Source of the DNA: Naegleria gruberi
Lineage: Eukaryota
Assembly (NCBI GenBank): GCA_000004985.1
Contig: GG738851.1
Direction: 5' to 3' (one strand)
DNA length: 64,000 nucleotides
Numbering within the stretch: position 1 is the first letter of the stretch; every line of letters begins with the position of its first letter. A program made the position numbers and the translations under genes. This document shows, piece by piece, positions 55,301 to 64,000 of this stretch. The notes under the pieces are model-generated. The model had not been told where the DNA came from. It made no database searches and saw only the letters and a list, made by a program, of their open reading frames with translations.

Positions 55301-55436
55301 AGCCTGATCGAATACCATGTGCAAAAAGTATAAACAGGAAAAAGTATTGGAAAAAGTAAAACCACTTCTTCCTTCTCGAAATGCCTTGTTCTTCTCCGGC
55401 CATTCTAATTGTATATCTTTTCTTATAAAAAAACAA
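52383..55436 (-). CDS. GPI ethanolamine-phosphate transferase (PIG-O/PIG-N/PIG-G family; alkaline-phosphatase-like N-terminal domain plus multi-TM C-terminal domain)
   Basis: 1017 aa. N-terminal sulfatase/phosphodiesterase-like region (…LILSSDHGT…), then about 10 or more hydrophobic helices. Confidence 0.65.
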   Translation of the reverse strand: MFFYKKRYTIRMAGEEQGISRRKKWFYFFQYFFLFILFAHGIRSGFFTLLNRSQYKSGATNTMCSQATPESVREKLIRTGHKSSETDALISTKSLNVFTSSEFSNLKKEHHLCDYPSELQFTKVIWLFTDGLPVKYSKKTFDHFKDHMVLYTIDVPGPKYSHAIYTSYMTGQLPTNYQGNPIEGDSLVKSIQRSPDMGPLTYVGPEWSFLAIHGNKHYDKLFKRIELKEEPLDQPHDQGYRFFFANEDARKFYRETLDTIKGEGGSLFAHSAIFDHINHGVFRHDPTNLDYLTYLSDRIASDINPLKDWIDANPDYLLILSSDHGTDDVSNGYVLHGYSRDGNEGYVMLYNPRLKPYDERLDIVDVCPTVAKYLKGVDIPADNIGVSRAYFGDDEESLKYKSYVLKESLVQLTDTTTRRGTDLLRSASSILNLLKMEASDMSFSEKFKSIRDFNTELSKLNVEMKQKLYQLMDTPVFWVAFYVACTLVMVVIGLYRFNFHAIHLLAEKYVSKALYLLCILIPLYFGSFVNVLFCWDTWKGVVRSGGPFFIWQGFLTIVLFFVIYQCTIYFMKTRTEKDKGEADGFSLIGWKLFIFCTIDMTFFALFHLFRKQWKWGMEHVLPLQYLLLIYVVFDFCGYNLFSSIVSVALFIVRKIRRTPVPATKNMNKNTFHFIYCTAMMLLLFLFEFTSVRETAPQEQKALYVQYYTIAGFHIYYLGFIIMAFLYFVFVLLFNPKRLDRLIIPSLLYAFALMRDTPFGRVVTLLQNVQYFYLLVPAYILINKYCCQVKKKDKGFNSSGSSPQFEDDETKHHFFDILQLTISLFFMNHFMYGFHIGKEERLDVDAHPMAGAVGMKSHQQHPNFNAFQMGYERWHMILLSAIYFWSVLHREKDDGLTKTEKDIKDADRYYITDIILNTFTLLMFNAHVFVNLMLCYITMDHAFQETIVYLVVISISATAFTFFNMVTRYSVFVIEFVLSKVPNGKFKTFVQQVLLSQNEPESDDILPITTSDKPIKDV

Positions 55437-55921
55437 AGCAACAAAAATTGTTTATCCGTGTGTGTATGGATCGTGTTGTGTCTTTGCTTCTGTTCAACCA
55501 AACAACACTCTTCAAAACTCTCTAGGTGATGATCGAACAATCAGAAATGGTGCAATAGACAACAAATAGATGACGTGTTGTTGCAATTTTTTTAAAGCTT
55601 TTCTTTGCTCTCTAACAGTGATGATAAGAAAACAATGACACACTGATGAGGCAGCAAATGCCCGATGATGGTTCCAATACGTTTTTAGAGTTGAGAGGAC
55701 AGTTCTGGTAAGACATTTGCAATAGCAGAAATACATTAAAAAAGGCGCCTTGTTGCAAAGAATGAAAATGGATTGCAATATTAGAAGAAGTGATGGACTT
55801 TTTAAAGTTCGTTTTTGTGCAAAAAGACCGTCATCAAAGGATTAAGGTTTTAAGAGTTTGAGATTTTCAGTTTTTTATTTACACAGTATTTACAATGCAA
55901 TGATAGTAATTTGATTTAAAA

Positions 55922-58264
55922 TTATTTGAGGAAGAGTGTAGAGTTTCTACGATTTCTGGTTGGGTTGTGTTCAATCTTAATGGAATCCATTCTTAATTTG
56001 TCCATTTCGTCTTTCCAGTTGACTGAGAAGACTTTGGCATCTAGGAGTGGTTCGTATCTGTAACCGCCACAATGAATTAGTTTGGTTTGTGCCTTATTCT
56101 TGCCTTGATACATTGTCAAGTTGACAAGACAACTGCTGTCAGCTCCAAAACTTTCGCCAACTTTCGACCAAGTCCAATTCACAGTATTGAGTTGATAAAT
56201 GCTCGAAGAGACATCCCAAAGCATTCCACCACCAATAATATACCAATGAGTACCAATCAATGAAGGTGAGAAGGATGGGAATGTGCCAGCTGTTGGACCG
56301 TCACCAGAAGTTTGCATCTTTGTCCATTTCATCAATTGCAAATCCAAGACAAAGACATCATTGTAAGATTCTCTCCAATACTTGTCGTTTGCATTATTTT
56401 GAACCCAATATCCTCCACCATAACAAACAATGGAGTGTTGGTTGACAAGAGTTGCTGCAAAACCAAGTCTTGGAGTGAATGTGTCAGATTCCTTATTCTT
56501 TTCCAAGATTGAGGTCAAGTTTGTCCATTTCATTGTAACAACATCCAAACACCAAACTTCATTGGTTGGAATCATGTTAGGTCCAATACCACCACCAATA
56601 ACAATCATGGTACGATCATTGATCATGACTGAGCAGTGATTAGTTCTTGGAGCTGGCCATTCAATTTTGGTTGACTTGGTATTTGGGCAAACAATCTTTT
56701 TCCAATCGAACAAGACCTTATTATTGGAAGGTGGCTCAACTTGTTGCAATTCATTCAATTGGGATGGAACACTTCTTGAGGTGGACATTCTTCTTTGGTT
56801 GTGATATCTCGTGCTGCTATTACTTGTTGTGGTAGTGGATGTTGTTGGTCTTTGTTTGAATGAGGAGTGTGAAGAGCAGAATCTGGAATTGAAATATTCG
56901 TCAGTGAGTTTGACCACGTACAAGTCGTTGGACACATTCGAATCTTCGTATGCACCACCAAAAACAACAACCGATCTGATGGATGGAGCATAAACAGCAG
57001 AATGCTTACCAAACATTTGAGGAAGATTGCAATTGGAAACTGGAATTTCTTCTTTAGCTACGAGTTCTTCAGCTGAAATTCTCTGACAACCAACTTCATG
57101 ATTCTTTGGCACTTCGAAATTCCACTTTCCAGGAACAAACATGGCATTCATGGTGTAGATTCCTTGTTTCTCTGGTGAGTCTGCATGCATTTGCCTTGGA
57201 TTCAAAATACCACCAATGATCATTACATTTGGAGTGGCACTATTGGATGGAATTACAGTCATGGTATGTCTGTAACGAGGGAAGATTTTATGTGGAGGCA
57301 CAGGGGCCCATTCACCTCCCAAACTACCAAAGAAATAATCAGTGATGGATGCAGCAATATCTGATTGAGTATCACCAGTGATGATTCCATTCAATGAATT
57401 GGTCAATGAGGCATCTTCAGATACGATTTGATTCGAGTTGGAATTTTTGGAAGATTTGGAAACTCTTGGCTTTTGAGTGGTGAGCTTTTCTTCGAGGAAA
57501 TAATTGATACAATCAATGGTTGTAATCTTTGGAGTGCTTGAGTGAAGATTGAGTTGAAGTTCAGGTGATAGAATCTTCTTCACACCACTGAATTCATCAA
57601 TCATCATGGAATCTTTTTCACAATGTGGATTGATAGACATGAGTTTGTAAACTTGCTTTGGAGATTGTTGACAGCCGGTTGAAACTTTGAAAATGTGTTG
57701 AATTCTCTTCATGTAAGAGCTGCTATACATGACAGTACTGGATGGTTCTACATATTGACTGCAAAAATCAGAATCAGATTTAGATTTGTGAATATAGTTT
57801 GGATTATTCACAAAAGTGTGATGCCACCACAATTCTCTATTGGTTGACAATCTGTAGAAGGTAGAGTTGATTCTACAAGTACACAACAAGAGTTCTTCTC
57901 TTGTAAAATAGTAGAGAATGTGTTGAAGAATTTCTTCAGGCAAATGATTGAAGTCAACGAGGACAACATCTTCCAAAGTTGTGACCGAAGTCGTTGGTCT
58001 TTGGACGAATTGAACAGTTGAGTGTGCTTGTTGCTTTGATTGACCAGATGCATTAGTCATATTGAATTGAGTTAGGAAATTGGAGAATGACCAGGTTGAA
58101 TTACTTGGATTTCTAACAGATTGTTGTTCAATGTTTCTATTATTGTTGATGGTTGATACACTATTGTGATTATGCAAAAAGTTTTCACTTGAACATGATT
58201 TGGAAAGAATGGATGGTGAAGAAGTCATTGAGCGTTCATCATCAATAATAGTGTTAATCATCAT
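55922..58264 (-). CDS. F-box/Kelch-repeat protein
   Basis: F-box LPEEILQHILYYFTREELLLCTCRINSTFYRL. Multiple Kelch-like blades in the C-terminal half. Confidence 0.6.
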   Translation of the reverse strand: MMINTIIDDERSMTSSPSILSKSCSSENFLHNHNSVSTINNNRNIEQQSVRNPSNSTWSFSNFLTQFNMTNASGQSKQQAHSTVQFVQRPTTSVTTLEDVVLVDFNHLPEEILQHILYYFTREELLLCTCRINSTFYRLSTNRELWWHHTFVNNPNYIHKSKSDSDFCSQYVEPSSTVMYSSSYMKRIQHIFKVSTGCQQSPKQVYKLMSINPHCEKDSMMIDEFSGVKKILSPELQLNLHSSTPKITTIDCINYFLEEKLTTQKPRVSKSSKNSNSNQIVSEDASLTNSLNGIITGDTQSDIAASITDYFFGSLGGEWAPVPPHKIFPRYRHTMTVIPSNSATPNVMIIGGILNPRQMHADSPEKQGIYTMNAMFVPGKWNFEVPKNHEVGCQRISAEELVAKEEIPVSNCNLPQMFGKHSAVYAPSIRSVVVFGGAYEDSNVSNDLYVVKLTDEYFNSRFCSSHSSFKQRPTTSTTTTSNSSTRYHNQRRMSTSRSVPSQLNELQQVEPPSNNKVLFDWKKIVCPNTKSTKIEWPAPRTNHCSVMINDRTMIVIGGGIGPNMIPTNEVWCLDVVTMKWTNLTSILEKNKESDTFTPRLGFAATLVNQHSIVCYGGGYWVQNNANDKYWRESYNDVFVLDLQLMKWTKMQTSGDGPTAGTFPSFSPSLIGTHWYIIGGGMLWDVSSSIYQLNTVNWTWSKVGESFGADSSCLVNLTMYQGKNKAQTKLIHCGGYRYEPLLDAKVFSVNWKDEMDKLRMDSIKIEHNPTRNRRNSTLFLK

Positions 58265-59236
58265 TTTCTGTTAGTCTTTCAATTAGTTTTTTTTCGAATT
58301 GTTAGTTGAAAGCAAACGAAACCGTCTGTTTTATTGGCCTTACCGTTTGTTCAAAAGATTGCGTTGCAATCCAACTTCCCAAGAAAGCTTACTGGTTTCG
58401 TAATCCAAATGGATTTCTTTTGTAAAGTATTGACGTATCTCCACTGTGCATAAACTGGGTTTGGTTTCAGGATTACATTATCGAATCTTTTTGGAAAAGT
58501 TTTGCATCCACAGTGAAAGTCAACATTTTGTCGATGAATGGCATGTAGATGACAACAGGGTGATAGTATTATTTCATTTTTGAATTGTTTTGTAAATAAA
58601 TCATGTAAAAAATTGATTTTGTAAAACTGGTCTTGTCTGCAACTATTTGAAGTAAGGTTCAACCATTGTAATATTTTCAAGTTGACCAACCAATCGGCTT
58701 ACAATATTCGAGGTGGGTACATGTATCCTGAAGACCAATTGCCTTTCTCTATGGCTTGGTACCTCTTAGCCAACTCAATTCTCTGTATTCCAACACCTTA
58801 AATTAAATATTAATAATTTTGATCCTCAACAATGTTTAATAAATGATGTTCATCAATAAAACGTATTCAATGAATTTTAATGGTTCATCACAACAAACAA
58901 AATGCTGTTCACCTCACTTCTGAGGTCCGACCTCGATGTTATGCTGATATCTTTGCAACGATTGAAAAAGGACCAAATTTAAAAACCTCAAAAAACTACG
59001 AAAAAAAATAGCTCGAAGCTGTTTCTCTCATTTGAATTAGTATATAGAATAAACCGAAAATGGGCTTTAACTTGAAGATTGTTGGTGGTACCAGTAATTT
59101 GGAATTGGCGTATGTAGTTTTTAATGTTGAAAGAGTGATGATAATAATTTGTTGTTCGGGTTGATTTTTGTGATATTGGTGTCGATGATATACAAAATTT
59201 ATTTTTCGTCATCCTTTTGTTGATGAATATTTGTGA

Positions 59237-60291
59237 TGGTGAATAGTAAGAAGGTTGCTCAATTCTTACAAATCGATCTTACTGAAACCAAGGTTTACAA
59301 GTTTGCTGATAGTGAAATTGGTGTTCAAATTATGGAAAATGTCAGAGGTGTAAGTATTGAAGATGTATGAGGATTGTATTAATTGTTATTATTATTGGAA
59401 TGGATTAGAGTGGTATGTATTGACTAAAATTCAATGAATTATTTATCGGAATGTAAAGATGTTTATGTTATTCAATCAACATGTACTCCTGTCAATGATA
59501 ACTTTATGGAATTGTGTCTTATTGTCGATGCTTTGAAGAGAGCCAGTTGTAATAGAATTACTGCTGTTGTTCCATATTACGGATATGCTAGACAAGACAG
59601 AAAGACCAAGCCAAGAGTCCCAATTTCTGCTGCCCTCGTCTCTAGATTGTTAGAATCATCAGGTGTTGATCGTGTCTTGTCTGTTGACTTGCATTGTGGT
59701 CAAATTCAAGGTTTCTTCAACATTCCAGTTGACAATCTCCATGCCAAACCAGTTTTGGTCGATCAATTCTATCAAAGAATCGTTTTAGGTGAATCATTGA
59801 AGACTGTTTCCGATTATCAAGGACTTGTTGTCGTTTCACCAGATGCTGGTGGTGCAGAACGTGCTGATAACTTTAGAACTGCATTGAATGAACAAGATCC
59901 ATCTCTCCAAGCTTCTATGGCTGTTATGAATAAGAAGAGAGTTGAAGCCAATAAGGTTTCCACAATGGAATTGGTCGGTAATGTTGAAGGTAAACACTGT
60001 GTCATTGTTGACGACATGATTGACACTGCTGGTACTTTGGCTATGTGTGCTCAAATTTTGAAGGACAATGGTGCTAAGAGAGTCTTTGCTTGTGCCACCC
60101 ATGGTTTATTCAATGGAGCTGGTGTCAAGAAGATGGAAGAAAGTGTCATTGAAAAGGTTATTGTCACAAACACTGTCCCACTCCCAGCTGAAAAGCAACA
60201 CGAAAAGATTATTCAAGTCTGTGTCAGCAAATTGGTTGGTGAAGCTATTAGACGTGTTCACAATGAAGAATCTGTCTCAAGCTTGTTCTAA
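59237..60291 (+). CDS. PRPS: Ribose-phosphate pyrophosphokinase (PRPP synthetase), 2 exons (59237-59348, 59459-60291)
   Basis: Exon 1 MVNSKKVAQF…GVQIMENVR ends at GTGTAAGT. Acceptor …GTAAAG at 59458 continues DVYVIQSTC… PRPP-binding loop VIVDDMIDTAGT. Confidence 0.8.
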
Positions 60292-60370
60292 ACTGAATGT
60301 GAACTCTCCTGAATAGTATAAATGAAAAATCTTAAAAATAATTAATTTACTTTTTGGAATTGGAATATAA

Positions 60371-62222
60371 TTACAGATTTGGACTACCAACAAGGAGGAA
60401 ATTATCACGAGTCTTTCTCTCAAACTTGTGATTGAATTCATTAATGTGGTGAGTTTTCTTTTGTGGAGTGTGAGGCATGCTTAAATGTTGACCTGCACTA
60501 GCTCCAGATCCAGAAAAATTCAAAGATTGAGTCACATCTCCCAATTGACTAGATTTAAAGAAACTCTTTGGAGGTGTAAATGCTCGTTGTTCTTTGACAC
60601 CCATAATTCTTCCTAATCCTCTCGTTGACAAGGGTTTGTAGACTCTTCCTACCGAGGCAGGAGAGGTTAAATCCTTTGGTTTTCTGTCATCTTTAATATT
60701 CGGTCAATCAAGGTGATATTGTCAAAATTTAACTTACACTTAACCTTAATAGGTGTAATGGGAGAATCAAATTCTCTTCTATTTTCCTCATTTTCTGATC
60801 TTGGTGGCGTGGATTCAACACTCTTGAAAGATCTTGCTGATGAAGTTCCTGAATGTAGTCTCTTTGGAGTGAGGTTTGTTGGTGTGGTTGTTGACTGATA
60901 GAATACTCGATCCTCATTAAGCTTTTTACTAATTTCTAAACTGAGTTGATTCCTTGTTTTGGGTGGTGTTTTAAACATGTCTGCCGATCTAGGAATTGTT
61001 TTTTCACAAGATTGACTGATAGAAACTACCTGTAATGGGAATAGTCTCTCTGTTGCAGTACTTGCTACAGAGAGTGGTAATATTTGAGTTCTATCCTCTC
61101 CTTCTCTCCACATTTTGGCTTGTTTTTCCTTTAAAAATTGCTGTTGAATTCCAATAACCATACCAGGTCTACATACTCTGAGCCATCCAATGACTTCAGT
61201 TGCTGTGAATTGGTAATGTTTCATCATGTAGAGGGCAATCATTGTTCCAGTTCTTCCAAGACCTGCCTTACAATGGACTGCAATGATAGACTCCTCTTCA
61301 GCTATTTGAAGGAATTTCCTGATATGATCCTCACTTGGTGTACTTCCATCTGGGAAGTATAAATCGAAATGATTAATTCCATTACTGATGAATTTCTTTC
61401 GATCATAGAGAGCTCTGTTCAATCTAACAATTGCTGACACTCTCCACTGTTTGAAAGGAGAAATATAATCCTCTGGAGTTAAATGTACATATCCATCACT
61501 TGAAATTCTTCTACTAGATGGTGATGAAAAGGCCAAAAATTTACCGGGCACTACCCAGTTAATGTCTCCATTTTCGACCTTTTCAAGTCTAAGGTATTCC
61601 TCAGCGTCAAATGAATTGTATTTGAAAAATCCAAGGGATATTCCTTTAACAAGACCTTTACAACAATCCAAAATTGACAAGCTGAATGTTGATAAATTTT
61701 GAGAGGCATCCCTGAAAGGAATGAGAGGAGGATAAACAAAATTGAAAGGTTTACATGCATCTTCTGCTGTCTTATCCTGAGAAATGACCATGTAGGCAGC
61801 TGCCAAGAATGCAGCATTTGCTCTCTTTTGACCATCAAAACTTGTCACTAATACTATTCTCTTATTTGTTGTCTGTAACATAATGTATTGAATCAATGTA
61901 AATTAACTCAGAACGCAAGCAAACATACCCTTAACAAGTTATCAATATGTCTACATATTTCTACAGTATATCCTAAATTTACAGGACCAAAATCATGACA
62001 GAATGGTTCATAAACATATCTCTCGTCAAGCATGACAAAAGTTGATTGAGGATTGTCATAGGCCGATGGAGTCCTCCTCAGAGAAACCCAATATAAACGA
62101 TCCTCAATTAGACAAATTGCATCCTTCAGATCTCCTCCCATCTTTTTGGGGCTATTAGAAAAGTTGGTATTGCTCTCTCGCTTTGTGCTACTGTTGCTGG
62201 GCGAGATGGGCAGTATTGTCAT
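60371..62222 (-). CDS. CDC14: CDC14-family dual-specificity phosphatase, 3 exons (62222-61929, 61872-60738, 60690-60371)
   Basis: DSPn N-domain (…DRLYWVSLR…FCHDFGPVNL…), then GTATGT/TTACAG intron (56 nt) into TTNKRIVLVTSFDGQKRANAAF… Catalytic loop HCKAGLGRTG. Third exon reached through a 47-nt GTAAGT…TTAAAG intron; a 71-nt alternative exists. Confidence 0.8.
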
Positions 62223-62985
62223 ACTATTTGTTTCTATTAAATTGAGAAGGAAAATTGATGATTAATAATAAGTAGAGAAAAGGTGATCGGATCCGATATA
62301 TAGAATGCTATATTAATGATGATACAAACCTGAATTAATACTCTCCTTCACTGAAATGGATGATATCGATAAATTCATCATCCTATTAGAAAGAGTCGAT
62401 GAAGCCGAGGTTGCTCTACTCGGTGTTGAAGAATTCATATTCAATCTCTTTAGATACTGATTCTCTTACTCCCTTAAAAATCTCGGAACAATAAGGTAAA
62501 AATCAAAGAAACTCTGCGTTCGTTCGCCTCTTGATAAACGACTAGTTTTTTTTGAGTTTGTTCAATAGAGAGAACATAGTCTAAGGATGCATTGTTGAGA
62601 GAAGTTTTGAAGCGTAATTTTACTTTAAAAAAATTACGATCGGGGAGAGATGAAATAAATTCTTTCAAGACTTGTCCTTCTTAAGAAAAGTCAATGTGTT
62701 GCGAAGAATTTTACATACGGTTGGGTTTCTGGTGGTATACATCATGATGTGTATTAAGCATTCGAAATATTTTCAAATATTATGCTCTTTGTTGAGATTG
62801 TTGGATGTTCCTAAATCAAAAAGGTGTAAAGGAGAAGTAACTTGTTTATAATTTGGGACATGCGAATACTTGCAATATTGTTTCTCATAAATGATTTGGA
62901 AACGAAAAAGGATCAAACTGGTTTATAGTGAAAGAGGAAAAAGAGGTTTAAATCGTTTTATATTTCGCAAATTAAGAATTTGCAT

Positions 62986-63107
62986 GGCTACGGCCATATC
63001 ACGATTCATGCACCTCATCCCGTCCGATTTGAGCAGAAAAATGATGCCCAATCCAACAAGGTCATCTTTGAATTGACTTGTTGGAGATTCTTCGTTGTTC
63101 TATTATT
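62986..63107 (+). pseudogene. 5S rRNA variant or pseudogene (intact promoter and 5' 48 nt, diverged 3' half)
   Basis: GGCTACGGCCATATCACGATTCATGCACCTCATCCCGTCCGATTTGAG matches the other copies, then diverges (CAGAAAAATGATGCCC…). Upstream block AAATCGTTTTATATTTCGCAAATTAAG is conserved. Confidence 0.55.
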
Positions 63108-63545
63108 TAACAGAGCGAGAAATCATACCAGATGAATCCTCACAGGAAAAAATTGAGAAGGAGGGCAACAACCACTTTGATTATTGACCAAATTCTGGCT
63201 ACTCATCCTCTTGAGTGAAAGGAGGAGAGTTTCCAGATTCACATTTCAGTCTGCATGATCTCTGAAATGTCCTTCAAGGTAAGTATAAAGAAAGAAAAGA
63301 GTGTAAATTCAAACAAATCTTAAAAACTTTTCAAGATGTATGATTTTTTGAAACCTGAATTATGGTCATTGTTTGTTTTTTTATGATTTGAATTCTTTGA
63401 AATAGTTGAACATGAAGCAAACACAGAATTGATATAATTACTTTGAAATTTATGTAGGATAATTATTTTACATTATTGAATATTTACATTTTGGTTTTAT
63501 TTACAATGATTGCCTAGGTTTTCAAAATTTTGAGTTTTATGGAGA

Positions 63546-63761
63546 TTACCACTTTTTGAATAGTTTGTTTCTCATTTCTAAAGTGTTATGTGATTGAGAT
63601 TTAGAAGTTTTACTTGTTTCATTTCCAACAGAATTCAATGTTTTGTAATCAATTAAATTTCTTCTTCTTGTTCCACCAATAATATTATCCAGAGAAATTT
63701 CGGAATTAAATTGTGAAGTATTATTGGAGGAATTATACATATTTCTTCTTGTTGAGACCAT
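63546..63761 (-). CDS. Small orphan Ser/Asn-rich basic protein, family member B (MVSTRRNMYNSSNNTS…GGTRRRNLIDY…)
   Basis: 71-aa ORF, divergently oriented to the partial gene at 63964. Shares NII(S/G)GTR(H/R)RN(N/L)IDY with the 38237-38530 protein. Confidence 0.4.
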   Translation of the reverse strand: MVSTRRNMYNSSNNTSQFNSEISLDNIIGGTRRRNLIDYKTLNSVGNETSKTSKSQSHNTLEMRNKLFKKW

Positions 63762-63963
63762 TTTCTAATTGTTGTTTTGTTATTTTCTTTTGTTGTTGAT
63801 TTTCATTAAATTTCCTTTCATCAAAATATTGATAGAAAAATTCAACTTCTTGTGATGAGTGGAAAATCCACCAAAAATCGGAATCACAAAATTAGTGGAA
63901 ATCATCATGGAAATAAATAGATCAACTATCCACAACAAAACAAAATAACTAAATAAGAGCAAA

Positions 63964-64000
63964 ATGCCAGCTAGAAATACTTCATCAAATACTTCATCTT
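63964..64000 (+). CDS. 5' end of another family-A member (MPARNTSSNTSS…), truncated by window end
   Basis: ATGCCAGCTAGAAATACTTCATCAAATACTTCATC is near-identical to the start of the 38530 minus-strand gene. Confidence 0.4.
   Translation, partial: MPARNTSSNTSS

Larger units (their letters stand above)
63523..64000. repeat. Inverted segmental duplication, copy 2 (carries both members of a head-to-head gene pair)
   Basis: See 38480-38833. This copy retains the about 150-bp segment (63641-63789) deleted from the other locus. Confidence 0.7.

Noticed and set aside
58351-58689. 112-aa ORF 58351..58689 (-) in the spacer between the F-box/Kelch gene and PRPS.
   Set aside because: No motifs, overlaps a probable promoter region, and has composition typical of spurious AT-rich ORFs. 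Could be UTR.
1-64000. Prokaryotic-style features: operons, defence islands, CRISPR arrays, sigma-70 promoters, rho-independent terminators.
   Set aside because: The sequence is eukaryotic (spliceosomal GT-AG introns, Pol III 5S and tRNA genes, eukaryote-specific families such as CDC14, PKB, MetAP2, NAC-alpha, F-box and BTB). No direct-repeat/spacer arrays were seen.

Overview
This is a eukaryotic nuclear window, not prokaryotic. It is AT-rich (about two-thirds A+T) and gene-dense, with short intergenic spacers and very short canonical GT-AG introns of about 38-110 nt. No operons, CRISPR arrays or prokaryotic defence systems are present. I reconstructed about 35 protein-coding genes by eye from the ORF track plus splice-site reading. 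These include NAC-alpha, several protein kinases (one a PH-domain AGC/PKB type), phosphoacetylglucosamine mutase, an Fe-alcohol dehydrogenase (ADHFE1-like), RNA 3'-phosphate cyclase, MetAP2, PRPP synthetase, a CDC14 phosphatase, a GPI ethanolamine-phosphate transferase, an M49 (DPP3-like) peptidase, an AstE/AspA-type deacylase and an aldo-keto reductase. Also present are a divergent G-alpha, a VIT-vWA protein, an NHL+tenascin-EGF giant surface protein, an RWP-RK transcription factor with polyQ, and several F-box/Kelch/BTB proteins. RNA genes are tRNA-Lys(CTT), tRNA-Thr(AGT), three dispersed full-length 5S rRNA genes and a fourth 5S copy with an intact promoter and 5' half but a degenerate 3' half. 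The gene content (RWP-RK, tenascin-type EGF arrays, many F-box/Kelch proteins, polyQ/N tracts) suggests an amoebozoan or social-amoeba-like protist, but the taxon cannot be fixed from sequence alone. The most unusual structures are listed next. First, an inverted segmental duplication of a head-to-head pair of tiny orphan genes that share a conserved bidirectional promoter, with a roughly 150-bp deletion in one copy. Second, the dispersed 5S genes and the half-degenerate 5S copy. Third, a G-alpha lacking the catalytic Gln and the NKxD motif. Fourth, a perfect 18-bp hairpin in a 2.4-kb ORF-free divergent intergenic region. Fifth, a set of 38-47-nt introns that imply gene fusions (ANK+kinase, Kelch+BTB) missed by ORF-only calling. 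An assembly gap (N run) lies at 15917-16068.
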